Shown here: positions 1 to 14,830 of the stretch, piece by piece
Numbering within the stretch: the stretch's first letter is position 1
Layout: each line of letters begins with the position of its first letter
Source of the DNA: the human T2T-CHM13v2.0 reference genome, Homo sapiens
Length of the DNA stretch: 64,000 nt
Assembly: GCF_009914755.1 (NCBI RefSeq)
Contig: NC_060928.1
Strand: one strand, 5' to 3'
Notes under the pieces: generated by a model
What the model was told of the DNA's origin: nothing
The model's input: only the letters and a program-made list of their open reading frames with translations
The model's database searches: none
Made by a program: the position numbers and the translations under genes

Positions 1-2907
<2,907 letters not shown>

Positions 2908-3021
2908 TGTAAATGACGAGTTAATGGGTGCAGCACACCAACATGGCACATGTATACATATGCTACAAACCTGCATGTTGTGCACATGTATCCTAGAACT
3001 TAAAGTATAATAAAAAAGAAA
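2908..3021 (+). mobile_element. L1PA 3' terminus (about 110 bp) with A-rich tail, fused to the antisense ORF2 segment
   Basis: tgtaaatgacgagttaatgggtgcagcacaccaacatggcac...cttaaagtataataaaaaag matches the L1PA 3' UTR end (compare 50005-50120). Confidence 0.95.
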
Positions 3022-3332
3022 GATATAAAATTTATCCATTTTGAAATAAAGCATCTAAGTGTTATTTCTATCAAGCTTTAAAGTTCTCACATAAGGTTAT
3101 AAGAACAGTTTTCTCACATAGTATCTTGATTGCTATAAAGGATTTCTAACCTTTGAAGCAAACTGTGGTTATACTAAATCTTCATAGGAAAATTATATAA
3201 TTTAAAATATGTTATTTCATTAAAACCAATGCTTTTATTGGCTCAGAAGTGATTTATCTTGTATAGCCAACACTAGAGAAACTCCATATCACCAACTAAT
3301 GAAGCTTCAGAGAAATATAAATGTGGAATTTT

Positions 3333-3880
3333 TAAAGGTAATGACAATACCTCAAGCCTATAACCAACATAACTCTGCTATGCTCATGAATTACCAGAGT
3401 CACTTAGAGTAAGGGAAGGATGTGTTTGTTTACAGTGGGCAGTCATGAATACCTTGCTATGGCTGATTACCATTCTGACTACTAGAAAATGGAACTGTTA
3501 CACCCAACAGCATCTGCTGTGCTGGAATACAGCAATGCCCAGATTGCCTATTACAAAATTCCAGAGACTATTTGCCAGCAATAGACTTCACATTGCCAAT
3601 GGGTAATTTGCAGTTTGCTGTGTCATCAGAATCTGAACATGTCGCATCTTTTCCTCATCATGGACAATCCAATGGCAAAGTGCTATTGAAGCAGCTGTGA
3701 AGAATGAAAAAAAAAAAACTATAGAGGAAGAACAAAGTGACAGCAGACTCCATGCAAATCAGCAGTGGACACAAAATATGCACTCACAAAAGCAATAATG
3801 TATAGATCTATGTAGTTCCTGATGCTGTATAATGTGGAAACAATGCTATTCTGCAGCAGATGAAATTTCACAGGTAGATA
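3333..3880 (+). pseudogene. Degenerate Ty3/Gypsy-type integrase core (possibly a MamGyp-int-like internal remnant)
   Basis: Manual translation across frameshifts: HELPES.*SKGRMCLFTVGSHEYLAMADYHSDY*KMELLHPTASAVLEYSNAQIAYYKIPETI / SNRLHIANG*FA / ESEHVASFPHHGQSNGK / EAAVK, colinear with Gypsy rve motifs (PWSKVGxDLF..YL..VDYYS..E; QFARHGIP; SDNGPQF; HVTSSPxHxQSNGKAESAVK). Confidence 0.8.
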
Positions 3881-4163
3881 AATCAAAAGACTGTGAAGAA
3901 TGAGGAAGAGGTTGTAAAGAGAAATAGTAAAATTTGGAACATTGAAGGTTATATTGTAAAATATAATCTGTACACTAAATAGAAATCACGAAACACATTT
4001 TGGTAATTATTTTAGGAAAAAAAACAACAGAAAATGTGTGTGCCACATCTAAATTTTATAATTGTTCACCATTATAAGAACATCCTATTAATTAGATTAT
4101 GTAGATAGTGCTAAATGTTAGTCAAAATGTGAATGTAATTCCTGAATACTCATGAACTAAAAC

Positions 4164-4280
4164 TAAAGGATAATGACAATACTTCAAGCCTACAGACAAC
4201 ATAACTCTGCTATGCTCATTAGTCACTAGAATCATTTGGAGTAAGGGAGGATGTGTTTGTTTACAGTGGGCAGTCATGAA
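4164..4280 (+). repeat. Dispersed direct duplicate of 3333-3449 (start of the Gypsy integrase core)
   Basis: By-eye alignment shows about 11 substitutions and 2 single-base indels over ~118 bp; the last 33 bp (aggatgtgtttgtttacagtgggcagtcatgaa) are identical. Confidence 0.95.
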
Positions 4281-4459
4281 CATGACATAAAATGTATTTA
4301 TTCTTTATACATCTCTGTTATTTGAATTGTATCCTAATTTTTTCATATAAATTATTGAAATATTATAAATACCACCAGTATAATTGCTAAATTATAAAAC
4401 CTTAAATTGTCAGAAACGTAAGAAGTTAGATTTTTACAAGATCTGTTCCTCATGGAAAA

Positions 4460-4640
4460 AGCCCTTTATAACATCCTTAGCAAATGGTCATTTGCCATCC
4501 TTGTGGATATTTGAGTAGTGAAGAATTCACAGCCTCTTGAGGCTACTCAAGAGGCAGTGAGTCTTTCGGCAACACTTATAATCAGCCAATATCATAAGTT
4601 AAGCCAAAATGTTCTAGCCTACGACTTTTATGTGCTGGTC
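4460..4640. mobile_element. Possible L3/CR1 3' fragment
   Basis: aaatggtcatttgccatccttgtggatatttgagtagtgaagaattcac... resembles a CR1/L3 end; highly diverged. Confidence 0.4.
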
Positions 4641-4679
4641 ACAGAGACAAGATGTCTCCAGTGTTTCTTTCACATTCTT

Positions 4680-4930
4680 CATTCTCACTCATTCACCAGG
4701 TCCAGTAACCCAGTCCTACCAGTTCTATCTCCAATAACTGTGTTAGCAGCTGTTCACTCCTTCCCTCCTTTCTTATGCCACTTCCCTAATTTTACACTTC
4801 CCAGCTCTGTTAGAATTAATTTAATAACTTCCTTAGTATTTTCCCTACTTTTAGCTAATTGTCTCCACAGTCGGTCCCTGACATCAAAGCCAGCCTTCTT
4901 GTGAAATACTGTTTGAGTTTCTTTCCTATA
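4680..4930 (+). mobile_element. L2 fragment
   Basis: Pyrimidine-rich L2-like motifs (ccagttctatctcc..., ataacttccttagtattttcccta). Confidence 0.45.
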
Positions 4931-4934
4931 AGGC

Positions 4935-5250
4935 ATTCAGGAGACTATCAGAATAAAGTTGAAATTGCTAGGTAGGGTAGCCAAGAACGCAGGCTTCCAT
5001 CTTTTGGCAGTATCTTCTGCTATGACTTCAGAATCCTTTCCTCTTTGGCCAAGAACTGGGAAAAAGATAGTAGAGAAAGCTTTTATTTTGGTGACCATGC
5101 TAGACTGGAAGTGACACACATCACCATTCAAATTCCATTGTTAAGAGCCAGTCATATGCCCTCAGGTAGATTTAAACTGGTCAAAAAAATAAAGTCTCTG
5201 CTTTAGCAGCCATTTCCCCAAGTCAATCCTATAATATGGAATGAGACTGA
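4935..5250. mobile_element. Old MaLR LTR (MLT1J/K-like)
   Basis: ggaagtgacacacatcaccattcaaattccattg...ccagtcatatg motif typical of old MLT1 LTRs. Confidence 0.55.
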
Positions 5251-6971
5251 AAATGTTTGTGAACAATTGGCATACATTTCTTACAACTAAGAAAATCCTA
5301 TGGTTAGAAAACCCAGAGCCATGTCTTCTCAATCTCACATTTCAGGTTCAATTTACACTCCATCATTCACAGTCATTAAACTCCATTCACTACATTACCT
5401 ATTTTCCCCTTAAGAACGTCTTTCACTGAGATAGCCCTGTCTTGTCTTGGAAAGTTTTCTTTCATCCACCTCACTTCTATCAACTATTGAATCCCTATTC
5501 AAACTTCAAGTTTTAGGTCAAACTATGTTCTTGTCTAAAATCTTCCTTAATAATCCCATTGGAATGAGCTCCTTTCAAATTATTCCTCTTCAGTTTCTTT
5601 CATCAGTGTTTTACAGTTTTCATTATAAAGATATTTTACTTCTTTGGTTCAGTTAATTCCTTGGTATTTAGTTTTATTTGTGACTATTGCAAATGGGATT
5701 ACTTTTTGATTTATTTTTTCAGATTTTTCACTGTTGGCATATAGAAATGCTACTTATTTTTATATATTGATTTTGTATTCTGCAACTTTGTTGAATTTGT
5801 TTATCAGTTCTAATTTTGGTGGAGTCTTTGGGTTTTTCAAAATATAAGAATATATTATGTGCAAACAAGGATACTTTGATTTCTTCCTTTCCACTTTGGA
5901 TGCCCTTTATTTTTTTCTCTTGTCTGTTTGCTCTAGCTAGGACTTTCAGTATTATGTTGAATAACAGTGGTGAAAGTGGGCATCCTTGTCATGTTCCAGA
6001 TATTAGAGGAAAGGCTTTCAGCTTTTCCCTATTCAGTATAATACTAACTGTGGGTCTGTCATATATGGCTTTTATTATGTTGAAGTATATTTCTTCAATA
6101 CCCAGTGTTTTGAGGATTTTATCATGAAGGAATGTTAAATATTATTACATGCTTTTTCATCATCAATTGAAATGGTCATATGGCTTTTGTCCTTCTGTTG
6201 ATATGATGTATCACACTGATTGATTTGTATATGATGAATCATCCTTACATCCCAGGAATAAATCCCACTTGGTCACAATGAATTATCTTTTAAATATATT
6301 GTTGAATTCAATTTTCTAATATTTTGTTGAGAATTTTTGCATCAATATTAATCAGAGATATTGGCCTATAGTTTTCTTTCCTTTGATGTGTCTCTCTCTG
6401 GTTTTGGTATCAGGGTAATACAGGCCTCATAGAATGAGTCTGAAAGTATCGCCTCCTCCTCTATTTTGTGGATTCGTTTCAGTAGGAATGGAGTTAGTTC
6501 TTGTTTAAATGTCTGACAAAATTCATCAGTGAATTATGCCAGTGAATTCATCAGTTCCTAGGCTTTTCTTTACTGGGGAGACTTTTTATTGTGGCTTTGA
6601 TGTCATTACTTGTTATTGGTATATTCGGTTTTTAGATTTCTTCATGGTTCAATTTTGGTAGGTTGTGTTTGTCTAGGAATTTGTCCATTTCTTCTAGATT
6701 TTCCAATTTATTGGCATACAGTTTTGTGTAGTAGCCACTAATGATCTTTGAATGTCTGCAGTAACACTTGTAATGTCACCTTTTTCATCTGTGATTTATT
6801 TGAATCTTCTCTTTTTTTTTCTTAGTCTGGCTAAAGGTTTGTCAATTTTGCTTAATTTTTCATAAAACCAACTTTTTGTTTCATTGATCTTCTCTATTGT
6901 TTTCTTCATTTTAATTTCATTTATTTCTCCCCTGATCTAATTTTGGGTTTGGCTTGCTCTTCCTTTTCAAG

Positions 6972-7286
6972 GACGTTGTTTTTGTTGTTGTTTTGTTTTG
7001 TTTTTGAGACAGGGTCTCACGCTGTCGCCCAGACTGCAGTGCAGCTGCATGATCTTGGCTCACTGCAACCTCTGCCTCCCAGGTTCAAGCAATTCTCATG
7101 CCTCAGTTCCCTGAATAGTTGGGATTACAGGCTCATGCCACCACACTTGGCTAATTTTTGTATTTTTAGTAGAGATGGGTTTTTGCCATGTTGCCCAGGC
7201 TGGTCTTGAACTCCTGGCCTCAAGTGATCCGCTCACTTCAGCCTCCCAAAGTGCTGGAATTACAGGTGTGAGCCACCGCACTGAGC
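6972..7286 (-). mobile_element. Alu (AluJ or old AluS) with 11-bp TSD
   Basis: Full dimer in antisense; TSD TCCTTTTCAAG at 6961-6971 and 7287-7297. Confidence 0.97.
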
Positions 7287-7453
7287 TCCTTTTCAAGTTT
7301 TTAAAGATGCATCATTAGGTTGTTCACTGGAAGATTTTTCTTCTTTTTTGTTGTAGGCACTTGTAGCCTTTGCTGAGCTACTTTTCAAGTTTTTAAAGAT
7401 GCATCATTAGGTTGTTTACTGGAAGATTTTCTTCTTTTTTGTTGTAGGCACTT
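7281..7453. repeat. Tandem duplication of about 82 bp (period 92)
   Basis: ctgagct(c/a)cttttcaag...gtaggcactt at 7281-7362 and 7373-7453. Confidence 0.95.
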
Positions 7454-8647
7454 AGTACTGCCTTTGCTGTATCCCATAGGTTTAGGTATGTTGTGTTTCC
7501 ATTATAATTTGTTTCAATAAATTATTCAATTTCCTTCTTAATTTCTTTATTAACCCACTGGTCTTTCAGAAACCTATTGTTTAATTTCCATGTATTTGTA
7601 TAGTTTCAAAAATTTCTCTTGTTACTGATTTCTAGCTTTATTCCATTGTGGTGATAGAAGATGCTTTATATTATTTCAATTTTTTGAATGTTTTAAGACT
7701 TGTTTTGTGACATAACATATGGTCTGCCTTTGGGAGTGATCCATATGCTGAGATAAAGAATATGTATTCTGCAGCCATTGGATGACATGTTCTGTAAGTA
7801 TCTATTAGCTCCATTTGGTCTATAGTGTAGATAAAGTTCAAAGTTTCTTTGTTGATTTTCTGCCTGGAAGATCTGTCCGTTGCTGAAAGCGGGGTGTCAA
7901 AATCTCCACCTGTTACAGTATTTGAATCTATTTCTTTCTCTAGCTCTAATAATATTTGCCTTTTTATCTGAGTGCTTCAATGTTGGGTGCATATGTTTTT
8001 AAAATTGTTATATTCTCTTGCTGAATTGACCCCTTTATCATTATGTAGTGACCTTCTTTGTCTCTTCTTATAGTTCTTGTCTTGAAATCTGTTTTGTCTG
8101 ATATAACTATAGCAACTCCTGCTCTTTTTTGGTTTCCATTGGCATGGGGTATCTTTTTTCCATCCCTTTATTTCCAGTCAATTGTCTTTATAGGTGAAGT
8201 GTGTTTCTTACAGGCAACAGATGATTCAGTGTTTATTTATCCATTCAGCAACTGTTTGTTGATTGGAGCGTTTAGTCCATTTACATTCCATGTTATTATT
8301 AATAAGTAAGGACTTACTACTGCCATTTTGTTATTTGTTTTCTGGTTGTTTTGTGGTCCTCTTCCTGCTTTCTTTCCTTCCTGCCTTTCTTTTAGTGAGG
8401 GTGATTTTCTCTGGTGATATGTTTTAGTATCTTCCTTTTTGTTTTTTGTGTATCCATTGTATGTTTTTGGGTTTGAGGTTAGCATGAGGCTTGCAAACAT
8501 CATCTTATAACGCACTATTTTAACCTGATAACAACTTAACAGGGTTTGCATATAAAACAAACCAACCAACAAACAAAAATAACTAATAAAAACTCTACAC
8601 TGTAGCTTCATCCCCGTCTTTTAACTGTTTGTTGTTTCTATTTACAC

Positions 8648-8695
8648 CTTTTCTTTTCCCCTCCCTCCCTCCCTCCCTTCCTTCCTTCCTTCCTC

Positions 8696-8731
<36 letters not shown>

Positions 8732-9013
8732 CTCTTGCTCTGTCACCCAGGCTGGAATGCAGTGGCGGGATCTTGCCTTACTGCAACCTCCACCTCCTGG
8801 GTTCGAGTGATTATCCTGCCTCAGCCTCCTGAGTAGCTAGGACTATAGGCATGCACCACCATGTCCAGCTAATATTTGTATTTTTTTTTTTTTTATCAGA
8901 AGTGGGGTTTCACCATGTTGGCCAGGCTGGTCTTGAACTCCTGACCTCAAGTGATCTGCCTGCCTCCGCCTCTCAAACTGTTGAGATTACAGGTGTGAGC
9001 CATCATGCCTGCC
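8648..9013 (-). mobile_element. AluS whose tail is a compound (CCCT)/(CCTT)/(CT)/(CTTT) microsatellite
   Basis: Alu body ~8735-9013; TSD TTGTTTCTATTTA at 8632-8644 and 9014-9026. Confidence 0.95.
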
Positions 9014-9149
9014 TTGTTTCTATTTATATCTTATTTTATTGTCTATGTCCTGAAAAATTATTGTAGTTTTTATTTTTGATTGGTTTTAGCTCTTCTAGAG
9101 CCTGTGCCTTTGCAGTGCAGAATAAGCTAGTCAGTCTACAAAACTAACT

Positions 9150-9890
9150 TTACTGTGATTTAGATAAAATTGCCATGAAGCAATTAGATAAATTTGGGAG
9201 AACTGACATCTTTATTACATTGAGTCTTTTCAATGTAAACACACTATCTCCCTCTATTTAGTTTTTAAAAATTCTGTCATTAGCATTTTCTGATTTTGAG
9301 CATATAATTCATACGTATGATTTGTCAAGTGTACACATAAATATTTCATTTTTTGGAGCAACTGTAAATGGAATTATGTTTTAAATTTTGGTTTGCATAT
9401 GTTCATTTTTAGTAGCTAGATATTAGATTATTTTTTACCTGTTGATCTTCTATCATTTGACCTTGATGAACTTAACTCTTCCATTCTTGGTGGGTTTCAT
9501 TTTTTCTTAAATCCCAAAAGGTTTCTTGGGATTTACTATGCAGACAATCATGTCATCTGCAAATATTGACTATTTCTTCTTACTTTTTAGTATGTATGAT
9601 TTTATATTTTTTACTGCTTTATTTTACTAGCTAGAACTACTATGTTGAATAAAACTGGTGGGTGAACAGATTTATCCTATTCCAAATCTTAGGGAAACAC
9701 ATTCAATCTTTTGCTATCAAATAAGATGTTAGCTGAGGGCACATTAAATGAATCAAGTTGTGGAGATTCCCCTCACTTTTAACTTCTTGATCATTTTTAT
9801 CATAAATATATTTTGGAATTTTCAAACAGATTTTTTGCAGCAATCATTATAACCATCTAATTTTTCTTTTTCAGTTTATTAATATGAGGG
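9150..9890 (-). mobile_element. Old L1M ORF2 fragment (resumes at about 12720)
   Basis: tagataaatttgggagaactgacatcttt, cagacaatcatgtcatctgcaaat and similar antisense L1 ORF2 motifs. Confidence 0.8.
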
Positions 9891-9917
9891 GAATAAAACA
9901 AATTAATTTTTAGTAGT

Positions 9918-11984
9918 TTTTATTAATCTTTTTATAGATTCCAAGGGTACATGTGCGGTTTTGCTAGATAACTTTATCATATAATGGTGAGGTTTGAGTT
10001 TCAAATGTGCTTATCACTGGGATAGTGAACACTGTATAGAATAGGTACTTTTTCAACTCTCACCTCCCTTTTGAAGTCCCCAGTGCCTATTATTTCCCTT
10101 TGTATGTCCATGTGTACCCATTGCTTAACTCCTACTTGTAAGTGAGATTATGGGGTTTTGGACTTTCTAAGTTATTTTACTTATGATATGGACTCCAGCT
10201 CCATTCATGTTGCTGCAATAGACACTATTTTCTTTTTTTATGGCTGCATAGTATTCCATGGTATATATACCACATTTTCTTTATTCAGTCATCTTTTGAT
10301 GGATACTTCAGTTGATTCCATGACTTTGTTATTCTAAATAGTGAGCAATAAGCATACTAGTACACAGGTATTTTTGCTGTAATTATATATTTTCCTCTGG
10401 GTATATACCCAGTAGTGGGATCACTGGGTTTAATGGCAGTTCTCTTTTTAGTCCTTTAAGAAATCTCCATACTGTTTTCCATAGAGGTTGTACTAATTTG
10501 CATCTCCACCAATAGTATATAAGCATTCTCTTTTATCTGCATCCTTGTCAACATCTGCTGGTTTTTGCTTTTAGTAATAGCTATTCAAACTGGTGTGAGA
10601 TGGTATCTCCTTGTGGTTTTAATTTGCATTTCTCTTGTGATTAGTGATAACTGAACATTTTTTGATGTTTCTTGGCTGCTTGTATGTCTTCTTTTGGGAA
10701 ATATCTGTTCATGTCCTTTCCCTACTTTTTAATGCAATTATCTTTTTTTTTTCTTGTGTTGAGTTACTTATAGGTTCTGGAGATTAGTCATCTGCCAGAT
10801 GCATGGTTTGCAAATTTTTTCTCCCATTCTGTAGGTTGTCTGTTTGCTCTGTTTATTGTGTCTTTTGCTGTGCAGAAGCTCTTTAATTTGGTTAAGTCCC
10901 ATGTGTCTATTTTTGCTTTTGTTGTATTTGCTTTTAAGGTCTTAGTCATAATTTCTTTGCCTAAGCCAATATCCAGAAGAGGTTTCCCTAGGTTTCCTTC
11001 TGGGATTTTAATAGTTTGAGTTCTTACACTTAAGTCTTTAATCCACCTTGAGGTAATTTTTGTATATGGTGAGAGATAGGGGTACAGTTTCATTCTTATG
11101 TATTTGACTATCCAATTTTCCCAGCACCATTTATTGAATAGGGTGTCCTTCCTCAAATGCATATTTTTGTCAACTTTGTCAACAATCAGTTGTTTGTAGG
11201 TGTGTAACTTTAATTTTGCATTATTCATTGTGTTTTGTTTACCTATGTGTCTATTTTTGCACAAGCACTATGCAATTTTTGGTTACTATAGCCTTGTGGT
11301 ATCATTTGAAGTCAGGTAATGTGACGCCTCCAGCTTTGTTATTTTTGCTCAGTATTGCTTTGACCCACTGTCACCACTCATATTCAACATAGTACTGGAA
11401 GTCCTAACCAGAGTAATCAGGCAAAAGAAATAAATAAAAAGCAACTAAATTGGAAAAGAGGAAGTCAAATTTTCTCTGTTCACAGATGACATGATCTTAT
11501 ATCTAGAAAACCTTAAAGGCTACTCCAAAGACTCCCACTCCAAAGACTCCTACACCTGATAAATAACTTCAGTAAAGTTTCAGGATACAAAATCAATGTA
11601 CAAAATATAGTAGCATTTCTATAAACCAATAATGTTCAAACTGAGAATCAAATAAAGAACTCAATCCCATTTACACTAACCACAAAACAATAAAATACTT
11701 AGGAATACATTTAATCAAACAGATGACAGATATCTTCAAGGAAAACTACAAAACACTGATGAAAGAAATCATAGATGACACAAACAAATGGAAATAAAAT
11801 CTCATACTCTTGGGTTGGAAGAATCAATATCATTAAAATGACCATACTGCCCAAAGCAATATACAGATTCAATGCAATTTCTATCAATTTATCAATGTCA
11901 TTTTTCATAGAATTAGAAAAAAAATCCTAAAATTCACATGGAATGAAAAAACAGCCTGAATAGCCAAAGCAATTCTAAGCAAAA
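9918..11984 (-). mobile_element. L1PB-type (L1PB3/4-like) insertion with 5' inversion: 3' end antisense 9918-11364, inverted piece sense 11364-11984
   Basis: ORF 10788..11264 gives [10 protein letters not shown]; strand switches near 11364 to cccactgtcaccactcatattcaacatagtactggaagtcc. Confidence 0.9.
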
Positions 11985-11985
11985 T

Positions 11986-12720
11986 GTTTTATTTTTTGGA
12001 GAAGTTTATGTTCACAGCAAAATTGAGCAAAGAGTACAGAGATTTCCCATGTACCCGCCCCACCTCCAGCCCTGAATGCATAGCCTCTCTTCTCTCATTA
12101 TTAACAATCCCCACCAGAGTGATACATTTGTTATAGCTGAAAAATCTACATTGATATATCATTATCACCCAAAGTCCATGGTTTACATTAGAATTTACTC
12201 TAACTCCTCCCTAATCCTTGGCAATCACTTATCTATTTCCTGTTTTTATAGTTTTGCCTTTTCTAGATCATATACTAGGATTCATCCAGTATACAGCCCT
12301 TTCAGATTGGCTTCATTCACTTAGTAACATGCCTTTAAGGTTCCTCCTTGTCTTTTCATGGCTTACTACCTCATTTCTTTTTATCAGTCAATACTATTCC
12401 ATTGTCTAGATTACAACAGTTTATTCACCTACTGAAGGACTTCTTGGTTACTTGCAAATTTTGGCAATTATGCATTAAGTTTCCATAAATATCCATGTGC
12501 AGGACTTTGTGAGTGGATATCAATTTTCAACTCATTTGGGTAAATACCAAGGTTTACAATTACTGGATCACATAGTAAGTTATGTTTAGTTTTGTAAAAA
12601 ACTAACAATCTGATTCAATGTGGGTGTACCATTTAGCATTCCATCAGTAATGTATGAGAGATCCTGCTGTTTCATATTCTACCCAACATTTAGGGTTGTC
12701 AGTGTTCTGGATTTTGGCAG
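11986..12720 (-). mobile_element. L1MC/MD 3' end
   Basis: gttcacagcaaaattgagcaaagagtacagagatttcccat is characteristic of an L1MC1/L1MD 3' UTR. Confidence 0.8.
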
Positions 12721-14830
12721 ATTTATTTTAATACATTTCATAACTAGTGAAAATTCCACGAGGTTATAGGATACAATTCATTTTACATAATGTTGGATTC
12801 AGTTTGCAAATATGTTGAGAAATTTGTATCTAAGTTCATGAGATATAATGTTCAGTAGTTATCTTCTCACTGTATCCTCTCTGTTCGATTTTGATATCAG
12901 AGTAATAATAGGCTGATAAATTGAATCGGAACATATTCCCTTCTATGGAAGAAATTATATAAAATTGATGTTAATCTTAAATGTTTGGTAGAATTCTCTA
13001 ATGAAATTATTTGGGCCTGGAAATTTATTTTTCAGAAATGTTTAATAATGAATCAATTTCTCTATAATTGTAGTTCTGTTTGATTATCAGTTTCATCTTG
13101 GTTAAGCTTTGGCTGTTTGTACTTTTTGAAGAAATGCTGAAGTTAGTTAAGCTGTCAAAGTGCTTAGTGTAAAGCTGTTCATAATATTCCCTTATTATTT
13201 TTTTAGTGGCTGCAGAGTCTTCAGTGAAATCTTCTGTAACATTTCTTGTTTTGGTGATTTGTGTCTTCTCTTTTTTTAATTTGTGTCTTGGTAGCGTTTT
13301 ATCAATTTTATTATTTTTTTCTTTTTGTATCATTGTCTTTTGTCTAATGTTTTCTGTTTTCAATTTTATTGATTACTGCACTTGTTTTTAATATCTCTTT
13401 TCTTCTTCTTACTCTAACTTTATTTTACTCTCGTTATTTTTGTTGCCCGAGGTAGAAACTGAGATTATTAGTTTGATATCTCTCATATTTCCCCATAAAA
13501 GAATTTAGTGTCATATATTTCCATTTAAACACTACTTTGACTTCATCTCACATATTTAAATATGTTGTATTATCAATTTAGTTCAATTGTATTTATGTTT
13601 TTATTAGCTTCAAATTTTTCTCTTGGATCCATAGGTATATAGAAATGTGTTATCTAATTTTTGCATGTTTCAATATTATCCTGTTGTCTCTTATTGATTT
13701 CTAGTTTAATTTTATTAGAGTCCGAGAACTCACTCTGTATAGTTTCAATTATTTCAAATTTGTTGAGGTTTATTTTATGTCACAGAATAATGTTGACCTT
13801 GGTGTCTGTTTTGGGGTCCATTTTTTCAGACAAGAAAACCATTGTCATTCAAATTAGCATCCCTATACAGGTAATGTGTTTCTGATCACTGTCTGCTTTT
13901 AAGATCCTTTGTTTTAGTTTTAGAAGTTTAATTATGATGTGTATTGGCATATAATTTTGGGGGTTCATTCTATTTGAAATTCTCAGTTTATTGGATTTGT
14001 ATGTGAATATCTTGGAATCCTGTTCTTATTTTCCTCTTTTTCTGTAACTCAGAAAATACAAATGTTGTCTTTGTTAGTACCCAACAGGTCCCTTAGTTGT
14101 GCTAATTTTTAAAGATAATTTTCTTTCTGTTTTTTATATTTTATTAAATATATAAATAAATTCTCAATTTTCTTTATTGTACTCCCTGTCATCACCACAC
14201 TCCTATTGAGCCTATCTGGTGAGTTTTTAAATGGATCTCACTGTATATCTCAGTTTTATTATTTCCATTGGTTCTACTTTACAACTTCTAATCCTTTGCA
14301 GAATTTTCTAGTACTTCATCTATTAAAAGAAAATTTGTAGCTGATTTCAGAAGCATTTTTATGACTGTGGCTTTAAAAACCCAACAGTTAATTACAACAT
14401 TTGAATCATCTAAGTATCAATTGATTGTCTTTTCTTCTTCAAGTTGTGACTTTCTGGATTTTGGTCCAATAGTGATGTTTTATTGTATCCTGGATATTTT
14501 TTCAGTTATGTTAGGTCCTCTGATTCCTATTTAAAATTTTATTTTAGAAGGTAATCCACCTTATTTATATTTAGCATATAGGAACTGACCTACATTTTTA
14601 GGATCTGGTTCCAGGGTCAGTTTAACTTTCAATGTCTTGGTAGTGAGATAAAACACACAGCTGTTGTGCTGTTTGTGTTGTTTTAGCCTTCGGGTTTCAA
14701 ACCAGCTCACCTTCTTCTTACTACTGATCAGAGTTCTCCTTTGGTTAGCTCTTGGATTATTTTCAGAATATGTTACTGTGCTTGGGGAAGAGCAGGGAGA
14801 AAGAGGCCTATACCATCTTCTCTGCATGGA
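12721..14830 (-). mobile_element. Old L1M body (ORF2 5' part toward ORF1/5' region)
   Basis: ORF 13025..13363 (KIDKTL..KKEKTQIT..KKIIREYYEQLY) is L1 ORF2-like; distal boundary uncertain. Confidence 0.75.

Larger units (their letters stand above)
5592..9090 (-). mobile_element. L1MA-type element (ORF2 5' half and inter-ORF region), interrupted by two Alus
   Basis: Continuous antisense L1 ORF2 similarity; ORF 8237..8611 ends with MAVVSPYLLIITWNVNGLNAPI, the ORF2 N-terminus. Confidence 0.92.
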
